A stretch of 64,000 nt of DNA from Eledone cirrhosa (Eukaryota): contig OZ024753.1 in NCBI GenBank assembly GCA_964016885.1, positions 29,326,001 through 29,390,000 on the forward strand, in the 5' to 3' direction. Below are positions 12,886 to 26,764 of the stretch, one piece after another (the first letter of the stretch is position 1; each line of letters opens with the position of its first letter). A program made the translations under genes and the position numbers. A model generated the notes under the pieces. That model was not told where the DNA came from. It was given only the letters and a program-made list of their open reading frames with translations, and made no database searches.

Positions 12886-14249
12886 ACATGTAGAATTGTG
12901 TATTTGTGTGATATTTTTTTACATTAGTAAAAAGACAGCCATATTCCTGAACAGAACAGATAATTCATATCTCTTTCAATACACATTGGTCTCCCCACAT
13001 TAGCATATACACATATATACACACATATATTCATTAATAAATATCTTCATACACAGTGTATGTGTGTTTATATGTACGTATGCATGTATGCATGTATGTA
13101 TGTACGTATGCATGTATGCATGTATGTATGTACGTATGTATGTACGTACGTATGTATGTACCTATGTGTGTGTGTATGTATGTATGGTAGTAGAAATGTG
13201 TATACGTATGCAATTTTCACTGTTGTAACATCCGAGCTTTGCTCATTAGTTATTTTTCATATCTAATCCCATACAGAGCATGTAATTAGTTCTACGCTAT
13301 TAAGAGCATATTTTCTTTTTCTCCACATATAGCAAAACGCTTTACGCACGTGCAGTTTATAATCACATATTTCTTCTCTATCCGCTACATATTCTAACTC
13401 AATTTGTGTGAAATAAATATATATATAAATAAACATTTATATATTTATTTATTTATTTTATATATATATATATATAATATATAATATAATATAATATAAA
13501 TAAATATATACTCTTGGGTCTCGAATAATCTCCTCCGTCCACCTTGCTTATTAATTTTTCAGACCCCTCCTAGCACTTATTCCAAACCGCCCGCTTATTA
13601 AATTTTACTAATCTATCTTCGGCGAAATTTTATTTTAAGTGGTAGCATTCCGGCGACAATTAATTTTCTTTATACATTAAAAAAACATTGAACGGGTGCG
13701 TGTATGTGTGAGCCAAACTCTTTTTTTTTTTTTTTTTTTTATTTCATATATTTGTTGCCTTCTTCTCGTCAACAGAGTACTGATCAAAGTTTTACCAGAC
13801 ATGGAACCATCTTTTCCTTCTTCAAGAAGGTACAGTGTGATATGGAAATTTGGCTGAAATGCTTTTCTGAAGGGGTTCCACTACACAGACCTTTATATTT
13901 TCAGTTGTAAGTGATCACAGCCAATTAAGCATATAATTTAGTTATTAAATTTATTCCCCACTATCCATTCCAACTCCTTTCCTCTTTACAAATATCCTTC
14001 TTTCTTGCACTGGAAAAATCATTTTAACCAATTAAGACTACATGAAAGCTGTTATATTAATGTTTCATTTATTCTGTAGTGTTGTCGCACTTCTGCGACA
14101 AAGTTTTATTATTGACTCACACATTTAAACTAATTATTCGTTCTTTGAATTAGTGACTCATCGTATACACCAGACAAGCAAAATGTTTTCAGAAAGCTGC
14201 GGTATTGTTACTCCCCCTATACACATCACGCTACACTGCATACACAAAC

Positions 14250-14900
14250 CTCCATACTGATATACAATGGAAACACAGATATCCAGGAAGAGGATATCTA
14301 TGGTGGAGACTGTGGATGCGAAGTCGAGGACTGAGTGGAAGGAGAGGAGCAGAGCAAAGAAAGAAAGGAGTCGAGCAGTTCCCGGGTGTGTGAGGGGATG
14401 CCAATACAGTCGTCGGCATGATATCTGTTTAGTTTGTGGGTGAGACCAGTGTATTGGTCAAAGATTTGGGCCTCAACGTAGTCAAGTTGGCATAGTTGCG
14501 GCTTATTCTTGTTCTCATAGACACCCTGGTTACCTGTTGGTAAAACTAACCCCAGAAGGAAGATCAGTTGAGGGGGAGGACAACTTCGAGAAGGCGGAGG
14601 TAGAAAGTTGAGGAGAGGGGCGAAGCTTGAAAAAGTGTTGGAGGGCACGGAGTCCTTCTGTGTTTGGAATGACTGTGTAAAGCGATTTTATGTCGACAGT
14701 AAAAAGGAGGGGGTTGAGCCAGACAGAAAGACGAAGGTATCGAAGAGATGGGGGGGGGGGCGTGATTGGTGTCTGAGATGTGGGAAAGGAAGGCTGCTAT
14801 GAGTGGTGTGAGGATGGAGTCAAAGTAGACGGAGATGTATTTGGTGGGGCAGTTACAAGCAGAGACAATAGGGCGGTGAGGAGGTGTCGGGATTGTGTAT
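14250..14900 (-). pseudogene. Degenerate PLE reverse transcriptase fragment
   Basis: Frameshifted motifs in order: RPIVSACNCPT..IS...DSIL.P, TVDIKSLYTVIPNTEGLRAL, YQQV..VSM...YANL, RY..DDCIG, ILFLDI. Confidence 0.85.
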
Positions 14901-14954
14901 TTTGAGGAGGAGGCTTGCAAGCATAAGCAACTGCTAGTTTTTTTCACACACACA

Positions 14955-14999
<45 letters not shown>

Positions 15000-15005
<6 letters not shown>

Positions 15006-15382
15006 ATTAAATAAATGGAAACTATATTTATAAAACCATATTTATTTCATTATATATATTTCGGGGATATCATATTAACAATATGCTATGCCTTCCTCAG
15101 ACAAAATACAATATAAACAGTTTTATAGATAAATAGATTCGACATACCGTTATAACACCGACTTCCATTTGAAGAGGTTTAAGCTGGCAGTCTGCCAGCT
15201 TAAACCTCTTCAAATGGAAGTCGGTGTTATAACGGTATGTCGAATCTATTTATCTATAAAACTGTTTATATTGTATTTTGTCTGAGGAAGGCATAGCATA
15301 TTGTTAATATGATATCCCCGAAATATATATAATGAAATAAATATGGTTTTATAAATATAGTTTCCATTTATTTAATATTGTA
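15000..15382. repeat. Perfect palindrome, 191-bp arms, 1-nt loop
   Basis: Centre aagctggcag-t-ctgccagctt at 15191. Confidence 0.95.
15278..15335 (+). ncRNA. Hammerhead motif with extended stem II (degenerate)
   Basis: CUGAGGA-aggcatagcatatt(gtt)aatatgatatcccc-GAAAU(auau)AUA; mirror copy in the left palindrome arm. Confidence 0.55.
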
Positions 15383-15574
15383 AATATACTCCAAATATCT
15401 GTCGAGTGCTTTTATATCAGTTATAAATATTTACTAGTTGTAACCCAACAATTTTAAATATAACTTTCCATATATATATATATACATATATACATATATA
15501 AAGAAGGTGTGGTAAGATGCCAAGTGGACCATAACGTACCAGAGTACTCGATACTTAGGGTAGTAGAGTGGGTA

Positions 15575-15699
15575 ATAGGAAAATTGTCAGGACCCCGACG
15601 GCTGAGCTCCGACCGTTTCGACAGCTAGATCCGAAAAGTTGGGATCTAGCTGTCGAAACGGCCGGAGCTCAGCTGTCGGTATCCTAACTCTTTTCCTAT
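15575..15699. repeat. Imperfect fold-back, same family as 1086-1280
   Basis: gtttcgacagctagatcc(gaaaagttg)ggatctagctgtcgaaac. Confidence 0.85.
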
Positions 15700-15956
15700 A
15701 TATATATTGCTCCTTCTCCTTGGAGTTGCGACCGATAGATAGTTCTAGCAACTAGAAAGACCGACGGAAACATTGTTTCTTCGGTCCGATTTGACGAAAG
15801 TCGATCGATCCTTTATATATATAAGGGATAACAAAATATCGTTATAGGTAATCCAGTTAGAGGTTGTGAATACTTCGTATTATGGATAGTTTTAGCGTAG
15901 GGCGTTGTTTGACTCAACAAGGGGTTTACATAGGTGGCGAGTTTATGATTTCTCTT

Positions 15957-16097
15957 GTATTCCTACTTAAGTTTATCTTGGAGTAAGTATTCCTATGTAA
16001 GTTTATCTTGGAGTAAGTATTCCTATGTAAGTTTATCTTGGAGTAAGTATTCCTATGTAAGTTTATCTTGGAGTAAGTATTCCTATGTAAGTTTATA
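15957..16097. repeat. Minisatellite, 30-bp unit, ~4.7 copies
   Basis: (gtattcctatgtaagtttatcttggagtaa)n. Confidence 0.95.
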
Positions 16098-16411
16098 TTG
16101 AAAGAGTGAAGAATAACATGGTCAACAGTACAAAAAAGGGTTTTATTTACAGTCTGACAATTGTTTCATTGATTAAGTTGTCTAAAAATTGCTTGAAGCA
16201 GTGTCACTCAATTTTAAATATGATGTTACCTTAACCAGATCATCGGAGATAACATATATATATATAGATATATATATGTAGAAGTTCTATTTAAATTGTT
16301 GGGATACAACAAGCAAATATTTTTATAACTGATATAAAGCACTCAACAAATTATTGGAGTAAAAATACGATATATTAACAAATGGAAACTATATTTATAA
16401 AGCCATATTTA

Positions 16412-16472
16412 TTTCATTATACATATTTCAAGGACACCAAGTTAAATTATGGTGTGCTTTCATCAGATAAAA
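16412..16472 (-). ncRNA. Type I hammerhead ribozyme motif, canonical core
   Basis: UUUUAU-CUGAUGA-AAGcACACCA(10 nt)UGGUGUcCUU-GAAAU(augu)AUA-AUGAAA. Confidence 0.7.
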
Positions 16473-16596
16473 TATAATATAGAGCAGTTTTATAAATAAA
16501 TATTGACATACCCTTAAAGAATGCTTCCAACAGAAATGGTCGCATTCTTTAAGGGTATGTCAATATTTATTTATAAAACTGCTCTATATTATATTT
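16470..16596. repeat. Inverted repeat, 55-bp arms, 17-bp spacer
   Basis: Arms 16470-16524 and 16542-16596. Confidence 0.9.
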
Positions 16597-16676
16597 ATAG
16601 ATATAGTATATTATATTATATTTATATAGTATAATATATTATATTTATAAATATAGTTTCCATTTGTTAATATAAC

Positions 16677-16739
<63 letters not shown>

Positions 16740-16822
16740 TGTTACGAAGAATGAACTGTGACGTGAACTTATTTCTAAAAACCCATTCCGGGTCATGTAA
16801 GGAACGCTTTTTAGTTTTTTAT

Positions 16823-16862
16823 GCCCTTGAGAAACCCTTTCGGGCGAAACGTACGTAGGTGC
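16823..16862 (+). ncRNA. Minimal hammerhead motif, U3-A8 variant
   Basis: CC-UUGAGAA-aCCC(uuuc)GGGc-GAAAC(guac)GUA-GG, followed by AATAAA. Truncated sister copy at ~20969-20997(-) has GCCC/GGGC. Confidence 0.6.
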
Positions 16863-17004
16863 TATTTTAAATAAACATGTTTTAACGGTTTGTTCTCCTT
16901 TATATATTTCTCCACGTGTAACCGCTCTGTTGATTTGGTATTGCCAAATAACTACATGTATCGCCTATTTCTTCTTCTCTTTATCGATACTTAATTACTC
17001 TCTC

Positions 17005-17093
<89 letters not shown>

Positions 17094-17954
17094 ACTCAGG
17101 CCAGCCAGTGAGAAACTTTTCAGTGACAGAACCCACACTCTTATGAGACACATGGCTAAACGGTTATATAACTTTTTTCTACAAAACTTTGCGACGGACG
17201 CCTAACACATTACTTTTTCGTCTGAATTACTGTCAATTTCATAACATTAATAGGCGACAAAAGCTTTCTACTGTTCACATATTCCAGTGCATTGATATCT
17301 GTTTGTGTACTCACTTTCGGATAAAGCTAGCCAACCATAAATAATTGTGAAATATTGTTCCTTCTCAGTTGCCATTATATTCAGAATTGAACATTTTATG
17401 TTCTCTTTTCTTATACGTTTATTTTTGGTATTTTCTTGTTACCTATCACTAGCTTCTCCACCACGCCTAGCCTCTCCACCATCACTAGCTTCTCCATAAC
17501 TAGCCTCTCCATCATAACTACCCTCTTCACCACCACCACCATTAACCTCTCCACCAACATTACCCTCTCCATCACCACTGTCATCTCCACCACCACGACC
17601 CTCTCCACCAACACTGTCATCTCCACCACCACTACCCTCTCCACCAACACTACCCTCTCCACCACCACCACCAGCATCTCCCACCGCCACCATCATCTCC
17701 ACCATCACTGCCAATAATAATAATGAAAAAACCAACAATAATAATAATGACAATCACCAACAATAATAATAATGAAAAAACATCAATAATATAATAATGA
17801 TAAAATAATAATAATATCACAATCATCATCATCATCATCATCAACGTCATCTTCGTCATCATCATCATCACAACTATGACTGAGACCACCACCACCACCA
17901 CGAACAAAATAATATGATAATGATAACATGAATAACAACAACAACAACAATAAT

Positions 17955-18123
17955 AATTGTTTCTACATTTGGCACAAGGCCAGCAATTCACCAGTGTATT
18001 ACTGGTACTTTATTTTATCGACCCCGTAAGGATGAAAGGCAAAGTCAACCTCGGCGGGATTTGAACTCAGTCCGTAAAGGGCCATAACTCTTTGCTGCAA
18101 AGCATGGCGTCCGACCCTCTACC
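17955..18123 (-). mobile_element. SINE family 1, short variant
   Basis: Homology to the other copies. Confidence 0.9.
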
Positions 18124-18803
18124 ACCACAAGTTAATTATCATAATCATCACCGTCAACACAAACAGCAACAATAACAACAACAACGGCACCAACAACAAC
18201 AACAGCAACAATAACAACAACAACGACACCAACAGCAACAATAACAACAACAACGCCACCAACAACGGGAACATCAACAACAAATCCAGGACAATGACTG
18301 TACTTAGTCATTCTAAGCGGGAACATCTGTGGATGCCATTCCTTTCCAGTTCATTGCCATGACGTAGTGGAAGGGACCCGTCTTTATATTCCTTACGCGA
18401 GGGAGAACGTTAGATGATGTAAAAGGGGAGAGAAAAAGGATGTTTAAAAATAGACATAGTGAACAAAGATGGTATGAGAAGGAGGATGTGGGTAGATGAG
18501 GGTAAGGAGATTTGATAGAGATTAGTGTGTAGATGGATAGAAATTAATAGTTAGAAAGGATAGTGTATGTGTGTGTGTGTGTGTGGTAGAAATGAAACTG
18601 CTTCTTCTAAAGTTAATGAGTGGATTTCAGTGTATGATGTGTGTATATATATATATATATTCTCTTCTACCTGTTCCAGTCATCCAGGTGAGGCCATGCT
18701 GGGACACCGCCCTGATATATATATATATGTATATATACATATATATACATATAATTTTTTCTGTATAATACAGAGTGGATAACCAAGACTGCATCCATGT
18801 GTG

Positions 18804-18898
<95 letters not shown>

Positions 18899-19040
18899 GC
18901 GAGAGAGAGAGAGAGGGGGGAGACAGAGAGAGAGAGAGGGGGAGACAGAGAGAGGGGCGAGAGAGGGAGAGAGAGAGAAGAAGTAGTTCCACAACAGTTA
19001 ATTCGCCATAACGAGAACAAATATTTCACCTTATGCGAAT

Positions 19041-19125
<85 letters not shown>

Positions 19126-19569
19126 TAGTAGTAGTAGTAGTAGCAACTGAACTAATATATAGGGATTCATAATATCATAATAAGAAGGAATATATAATAT
19201 ACCTATGCCTCGCTAGGAGTGCCTTAATCTGCAGTTATACCACATTTATCTCAATAGCCAAGTGAGAACTCCAAACACTAGTTTTTACTACATAAATATT
19301 ACTTTATGTTCGTAGATGACCTGGGATCATGGGGTGTTTCGGAGTTTCACCACCATACACCGTTGACCAGATAATCAGGTACCGACTTACATCCCTGGAT
19401 CACCACCCAGCTATAGATCATCCTTTTTTATCCAATGATTTCTCCCAGACTTCGCTTGCGACTCTCATAAAACACAATCTGAATTCTTTGTAGAGTGAGC
19501 GCCTGTATAGCCTCTACCACCCACTTCAGAAGCCCCACAGTATTTATTACAGCTAGAAACGAATGGTTA

Positions 19570-19631
<62 letters not shown>

Positions 19632-19846
19632 AAGGCGGGTAAAATTCCCGAGATCCATGGACTAGTTCTCTCCAGCGGTCTCTGTCCCTCATTATCGCTG
19701 CCATATCCTGCATCTCCAACAGACCAGTGTCTGTCCTTAGGGCATCAACATATGTCAACCAATAATTGGTGTTGGATGCTTAAAGCGTCCGTATGCGGTA
19801 GGCCGTATGATCATTCAATGCCCTCATAGAGCAGAATATGATATCA

Positions 19847-19976
19847 CAGAAAAAAGAGAATCAGTGTTGCGACGAAAGGAATTTATTGGACATATTACAA
19901 TTGTTTCTCGGGCTTGAAACAATTGTAATATGTCCAATAAATTCCTTTCGTCGCAACACTGATTCTCTTTTTTCTG
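19847..19976. repeat. Inverted repeat, 61-bp arms, 8-nt loop
   Basis: ...acaattgtttc(tcgggctt)gaaacaattgt... Confidence 0.95.
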
Positions 19977-20010
19977 GGATATATATATATATATATAATA
20001 TATATATATA

Positions 20011-20769
20011 TATAAACTAATATGTATGTGATGAAACACAGATACCAACACATCTGTATATATATTGCAAAAGAAAAATTTAGCCAGATTGAAGTATACT
20101 AATTATTATACTACAGTTTGTCCATATCGATTTAAAATAATAAATCAACAAAGACGAACTGTATTGCCAAGAGGCTATGATGTTTAGACACATTTAAATT
20201 TCAAAATCAAACCTGTTCCGTAGATAAGTTTAAACTTTAAAATCCAAATATGTTTCGAGTTAAATAAGTGTAGGAATATCATGTCCTGCTCTCCTCAGTA
20301 AACATCCAGGGACAAATTGATATGCTTCACTTCTAAATAATTTAAAAGACTGCGTGACGCACATGGTTTTACAGTATCTAGCTAGATACAGTATCTAGCT
20401 AGATACTGTAAAACCATGTGCGTCACGCAGTCTTTTAAATTATTTAGAAGTGAAGCATATCAATTTGTCCCTGGATGTTTACTGAGGAGAGCAGGACATG
20501 ATATTTCTACACTTATTTAACTCGAAACATATTTGGATTTTAAAGTTTAAACTTATCTACGGAACAGGTTTGATTTTGAAATTTAAATGTGTCTAAACAT
20601 CATAGCCTCTTGGCAATACAGTTCGTCTTTGTTGATTTATTATTTTAAATCGATATGGACAAACTGTAGTATAATAATTAGTATACTTCAATCTGGCTAA
20701 ATTTTTCTTTTGCAATATATATACAGATGTGTTGGTATCTGTGTTTCATCACATACATATTAGTTTATA
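20011..20769. repeat. Near-perfect palindrome, 379-bp arms, 1-nt loop
   Basis: Centre at 20390; one mismatch noticed (aggaatatc vs gatatttct). Confidence 0.95.
20479..20535 (+). ncRNA. Hammerhead-like core (helix III degenerate)
   Basis: CUGAGGA-GAG(29 nt)CUC-GAAAC; mirrored in the left arm of the 379-bp palindrome. Confidence 0.45.
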
Positions 20770-20832
20770 CACGGCTCAGTGGGTATTTTCCTCCTTCGAG
20801 CTAATTCCATTGTAAAAGAATTCATTACCTTA

Positions 20833-20916
<84 letters not shown>

Positions 20917-21415
20917 AAATGAATACAAGGAGTTTAACACCGTTAGAACATATTTATATAACAGTGCGCCTACGTACGTTTCGCCCGGAATGGGCTTATA
21001 TATATATAACGAAGGAATTGTGGTAAGGGGCCAGATGGACCGTAACGCACCAAAGTACTCAATACTTCAATACGTCGAAACGGCTTGAGCTCAGCCGTCG
21101 GGGTCATACTTGTTCCTATATATATATAACAAAGTTGTATCTGATCGAGATGAAGCGAAAGTGTATTTGAATACATAAATGAGAAAACTGATCGCTAGAA
21201 CAGCTGTTAAAAGAGCTAAATGCTGTCAAAGACAGCGATAGGCAAAAATGCCTCAGAGGACAAAAACCAGCGGCCAGTGGTCAACAGAGAGACAATCTAC
21301 AAAGTGGATGAGAGGCAATGAACTGTAGAAAAAATTGAAAGAGGAGAAGGACAAGGAGAAGTGCACTGACACACAGAAGTGACTGGAAGAAGGAAATAGA
21401 GAAACGCACACATAC

Positions 21416-21471
<56 letters not shown>

Positions 21472-21693
21472 TTTTCCTGAGTCCAACCATTTTCGTTGCT
21501 ATGGCAATGCGGCTGGACTGCCGATCGCTATATTTGATTTGCAAAGTTGTCTAAATGTATTGTTATTACTCTGGGGTATTATTCTCTATCGAGTGCTAAA
21601 GCTTCATTCCGAATTTGCATTCGTCAGCTTAGCCGCAGCCTAAAGCTTCGTTAATGCTGTACTAAAATTTGTATATATATATATATATATATA

Positions 21694-21871
21694 TAGTGAA
21701 ATTCTGTTATAACGAAATTCACGGGGTATAAAAAAATAATTCGTTGTAATGAAAAATTCTTTATAACGAGATCGACCTAACATATCCAGCGTGTGGCCGG
21801 GGATGGAAAAAAAATTTCGTTACACTGAAAAATTCGTTATAATGGTAATCGTTATAACGGAATTTTACCTG
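21694..21871. mobile_element. pogo/Tigger-like MITE
   Basis: TIRs agtgaaattctgttataacga / tcgttataacggaattttacct, TA flanks, internal sub-terminal ttataacg/cgtta repeats. Confidence 0.65.
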
Positions 21872-23045
21872 TATATAAATGTGTGTGTGTGTGTCTGTGT
21901 GTGTGGGTAAATTCGTTCAACTTTCAAAATATATTCCGATGGCGCAAAAAAAAGAAAACGAATGATATTAGAAATACAAATCGGATAAGCTGTGGAAGTT
22001 ATGAACATTTTGTTTTAGGTTTTCATATTGAATGAGTCAAGGATTAGTGAAGATTAAAGATAGGAAGTGATAACATCAGGTGTAAGAAAAGGTAGAAGAA
22101 GTCAATGTACAGCTGTGTAGATATACTTAGAATCTAAGACGACAGAGCTCTCGGGATTAAGATAACAAATCCAGCCTGAATATATTATGTAAAAGGATAT
22201 TTAGTGAACATGATTCCGGATAATGTGTGTATGTGGGTATGTATATATATATATATATATATATATGCGTGTGTGTGTGTGAATGTGTGTATGTATGTGT
22301 AGGTGTGAATGCGTGTGTGTGTGTATATATATATGTGTGTGTGTGAATGTGTGTATGTATGTGTAGCTGTGAATGTGTGTTTGTATATATGTGAGTGAAT
22401 AAGCATGTATGTATGATTTTATGAATTTATATATTCATGTAGGTATGAATGTATGTGTGTGTGTAAGTATGTATGTATGTACGTGTATGTATATGTGTAT
22501 GCACATATATATTTGTATGTATATGCGTATGTATGTGTGATAAATGCATAAAGATACGACTTTTAATCACTATATTAATTTCTATATCTATACGTGTTTG
22601 TGTGATCGTGTGCATATATACTCACGCACATGACGGTTTGTATGTATATATCCATATATTAATGTATAAGCAAAGAAATATATTTATATATGTGTAGTGT
22701 GTGTGTGTTTATGCTTTTATTTTGAATCGAATTGTGACGCGCGTTTCAGAGATGATTGGCTCAATGTCACCTATAGAACCTATGAATCCGACTCCACTCC
22801 AGCATTGATCTACTCCCCAGACTAGTAATTCAACAGTCTAATGAGAAGACCGATGCTTGAGTCTGGTTCATAACTTCTATAGGTGGCCTGATCCAATCAT
22901 CTGCGAAACAGGTCGTAACAGGTCGATATTCAATAAATACATAAATATATGTAACGAAGCCTTTTTCTTATTATATACACCCTGCTTGTACATAGTGTGC
23001 TCATATTGGTACCACCACCAGCAATTCACTGAATCAGCTATATAT

Positions 23046-23174
23046 ATATTTAATATAGAAATGGCTTCTACAAGACTAGAACTGTTTCATTGGGAGGAAA
23101 TCATCAGAAACCCAGGTGATTTCCTCCGAATGAAACAGTTCTAGTCCTGTAGAAGCCATTTCTATATTAAATAT
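23046..23174. repeat. Inverted repeat, 58-bp arms, 13-nt loop
   Basis: Arms 23046-23103 and 23117-23174. Confidence 0.9.
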
Positions 23175-23433
23175 TTATACTCTGCTATGTACTTAGTACC
23201 TTACTTACTGTGGTTATCCCTGATGAACCCTGGATAAACACATATAACCTGATTAGTTCCTTCGTTGTTTTGGTACTGTATGGTTGGGTTTTGCCTACCA
23301 CAATTTTCAATTTGTCAAGCTATTTAAACGTAATGTTATTACTCTAAAGTTATTGAGTGCTTTGCTACTCATTCCTCATTGTAGGTCGACTTTGCTTGGC
23401 CACAGCCAAAGCTTCGATTTTACTAAGTTTCCA

Positions 23434-23483
<50 letters not shown>

Positions 23484-23486
<3 letters not shown>

Positions 23487-23507
23487 GTATATATATATAT
23501 AATTAAG

Positions 23508-23538
<31 letters not shown>

Positions 23539-24292
23539 ATTACCTATAGGGGCCTACATCTTACGACCGATTTTCATGAAACTTTACAGGCTCATAGATT
23601 AGTCATCGGGGAGTATTTTCTATATATCAGCGTATCTTTTTTTTTATTCCGGGGTCATTCTGCAGATAAAAATCGATAGGGGGGGGGGGTCACCTTTTTT
23701 TAGGTATCGAAAAATAAGATGTTTGGCTCTAGCTCCCACATTTTGCCACCGATTTCGTTCAAATTTTAAAGCAAAATAGAATTTATCCTTGTACATCATG
23801 TAATGGCTTTATATTTTGCATTTGTTGTTCAGGTACGGCGTGGCATCCGCTTAAATATTCAAAAATACCACTTTTAGACTCAAATTTCCACATTTAACAA
23901 CCTACTTTGTTGAAATTTTACACTACGCTAGATCTGATTATTTCACGCCTTAGAGTCGCTTTACATTTTGGATTTTTTTTTTTTCAGGAACGGCGTGGCA
24001 GCCGCTTAAATATTCGAAAATACCACCTTTTCGCTCAAATTTTGGCCTTTTCGGCTCTAGCTCCCACATTCGGCTCTAGCTCCCACATTTTTCAACCGAT
24101 TTCGTTCAAATTCGAAACTCCATCCCCAGCATGCCCCTTCGTCAGTCACCCGCGTTTCTCAGTGATAGAGGTCATCACCACCCTCCCCCGCATGGCCTGT
24201 GTGTGTCATCGAGAAGCAGTCGCTAAGATAACACCTTTTCATCAAAGCAGATATTATTTTACCTACCCAGGCAACGCTGGGTACTGCTGCTA

Positions 24293-24293
<1 letters not shown>
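23484..24293 (+). mobile_element. Non-autonomous Helitron
   Basis: 5' TC start, 3' hairpin acccaggcaacgctgggt followed by CTAG, inserted between A and T with no TSD; internal partial direct repeats. Confidence 0.75.
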
Positions 24294-24361
<68 letters not shown>

Positions 24362-24467
24362 ATGTGAAGACTAAAATCCGGAGAGGGCTCAATAAGGATA
24401 ATATATATATCAGAAGATCCCGTTAAGGGTGAAACCAGCGATCCTTTGCTTAAACTTCAATCTGTTA

Positions 24468-24519
<52 letters not shown>

Positions 24520-25231
24520 TGTGTATACATATGCCGATACATGCACATGTATATGCTTTGTTAAGTTATACTCCTGTATGATTGACTGGAGGTTTAAAAC
24601 CAGCCAACCTCGAGTCAATTATAATAGAGTGGTTCTGCTACTTAGAACGTTGTGTCAACTCACTGTTTAAAATTAACAGTCTCTCCCTTCAGCACTTTGC
24701 TATACACACCCTCCAAATATCTGCTGCATTAAAATTCTGTAATGCTTTAATAAAGTCAGCAATAACATAATGATTACATCATGCACGAAATACGATCACC
24801 ATTTAAAACACACACAGGCACACACATAAATACATACACACACACACACACGCATACCTACATTACATATATACAGACACACATATATATACATACATAT
24901 ATACAGACACACATATATATACATACATACATATACATATATACATACATATACATATATACAGTTAGGGAAGCAGAAAATATATATATATATATACATA
25001 CACATACATATATACATATACACATATATATATATATATACATACATATTATATATATATATACACACATATATATATATACATATACACACACATATAT
25101 ATATATATATACATATACACGCAACACAATAATACACCTAATACACAACCACCCACTAACAAACAGTATGCACAAAACACACTCACACACACATCCCAGC
25201 CCACCTATAACTCCACCACTGCCCATAACAG

Positions 25232-26335
25232 AAATTGTAATTGCCACCTTCCAGAGACTTGTCCATTGAATAACGAATGTTTGCATTCAAACCAAGTGTA
25301 CAGGTGCTCGGTTGAGTCGGACAACCAAACCTGGCACTACATAGGCAGCACTGCAAACACCTTCAAAACTCGTTGGTACACGCATCGTTACGCAATAAAG
25401 CACCCCCAACACCGTTACGTAACGACTCTCGCCGACAAAATTTGGCACTTAAAGGGGAGTAACCGACAATACACCCTTAAATGGACTAAACTCTCACATG
25501 CTCCTCCATACCGGAGTGGGATGAAAACGTGCCCGTTGTGTAATAATGAGCTCTTCCATATCCTAAACTCAGGCCACCAACTACTCAACAACAAAATTGA
25601 AAGGTCAATCTTTTGCCAGCATAAACTAAAAGCGAAGTTCTCACACTTCAAACCTTCAACTAAATCTTAACACTACCTCTCTTCCTTTTCTACCCTAAAT
25701 AACAATTCTACACTCCTAAAAATAGACTATATATGAAATTTAATACTTTCTTCCTTCATCTATTCTCTGGTAAAACTTTCGCCTGTCCACTACCAACTGC
25801 CACTTAATATTCTATCTTCCTTCTCTCTCCCTCTACTCATCACAACTTTTAGCACACAACCCTCCTCCCCCTCCCTTCTTGTAACTTAACTATATTCTAT
25901 ACAAATCCTCTCACACCACCCTATCTCTTGCTCTCCCTACCTCCGTCCCTTTTCTCTCTCTCTCTCTCTCCCTCTCTTTTGCCCCTCTCTCTCTCTGTTC
26001 CTCTATCTTACACTACTACCCCTTATTTCATTTCCTAAGGTCATTTCAACTTTGTATTTTGAAAATTCGGATGCCACAGTATCTTTCTTGATTGCCTATT
26101 ATTACATAGTGTAGCAATAATGGACTGAAATTCTGATGAAACAATTGTTAATACGTGGATTAAATCCTTTTGTAACTGTTTACCTTCGTCCTATTTCTCT
26201 GTTTTGATTACACTCCTCGTTTGTTCGTGTTTCCACTACAGAATCCCTACCAACCTGTCGAGTCACCTTAACGTATGTTGATAACTTTCCTCACAACTTG
26301 TTCTACCAAGCTTTGGAATATTCCTAATTACTGAA
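25232..26335 (+). mobile_element. Second 5'-truncated PLE: GIY-YIG domain (to 25670) + 3' UTR ending at (TA)n
   Basis: [22 protein letters not shown]...HYIGST...FKTRW...CPLC..E. Downstream GAAACAATTGTT hammerhead half-motif at ~26138. Confidence 0.85.
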
Positions 26336-26493
26336 TATATATATATATATATAGAGAAGTAGTAACACATCAATTTTTCTCGGTATGGTGTACTAACTGT
26401 TGTGTTACTACTTCTACCAAACTCGTCCCATGAACTGAGTACTCTACCACTACGGATATATTACCTTCCAGTGTTCTACCTCTCTGCCTCTCT

Positions 26494-26548
<55 letters not shown>

Positions 26549-26764
26549 TAGATATGCAAACAGTTCTAGTAACAACAATGGATTAATTCAAGTTAAAGAC
26601 AGAAGATGAGATAATTGTCAGACAAAAATATTTAGATTTTTCGATAGGTATAATTGAATTTAAACACTGCTGCCTTATATACCAAAATAAATATTATACA
26701 AACCCTCTCTGTGATGTGGCGAATAATAATGTATAATACACTCACATTCCTCAATCCTAATCTC

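Noticed and set aside
15000-20769. Palindromes as pure assembly or amplification chimeras
   Set aside because: Disfavoured but not excluded: several have arm mismatches or indels, they are confined to element boundaries at (TA)n, and their apices correlate with ribozyme cores. Read-level checking is still needed for the perfect ones.
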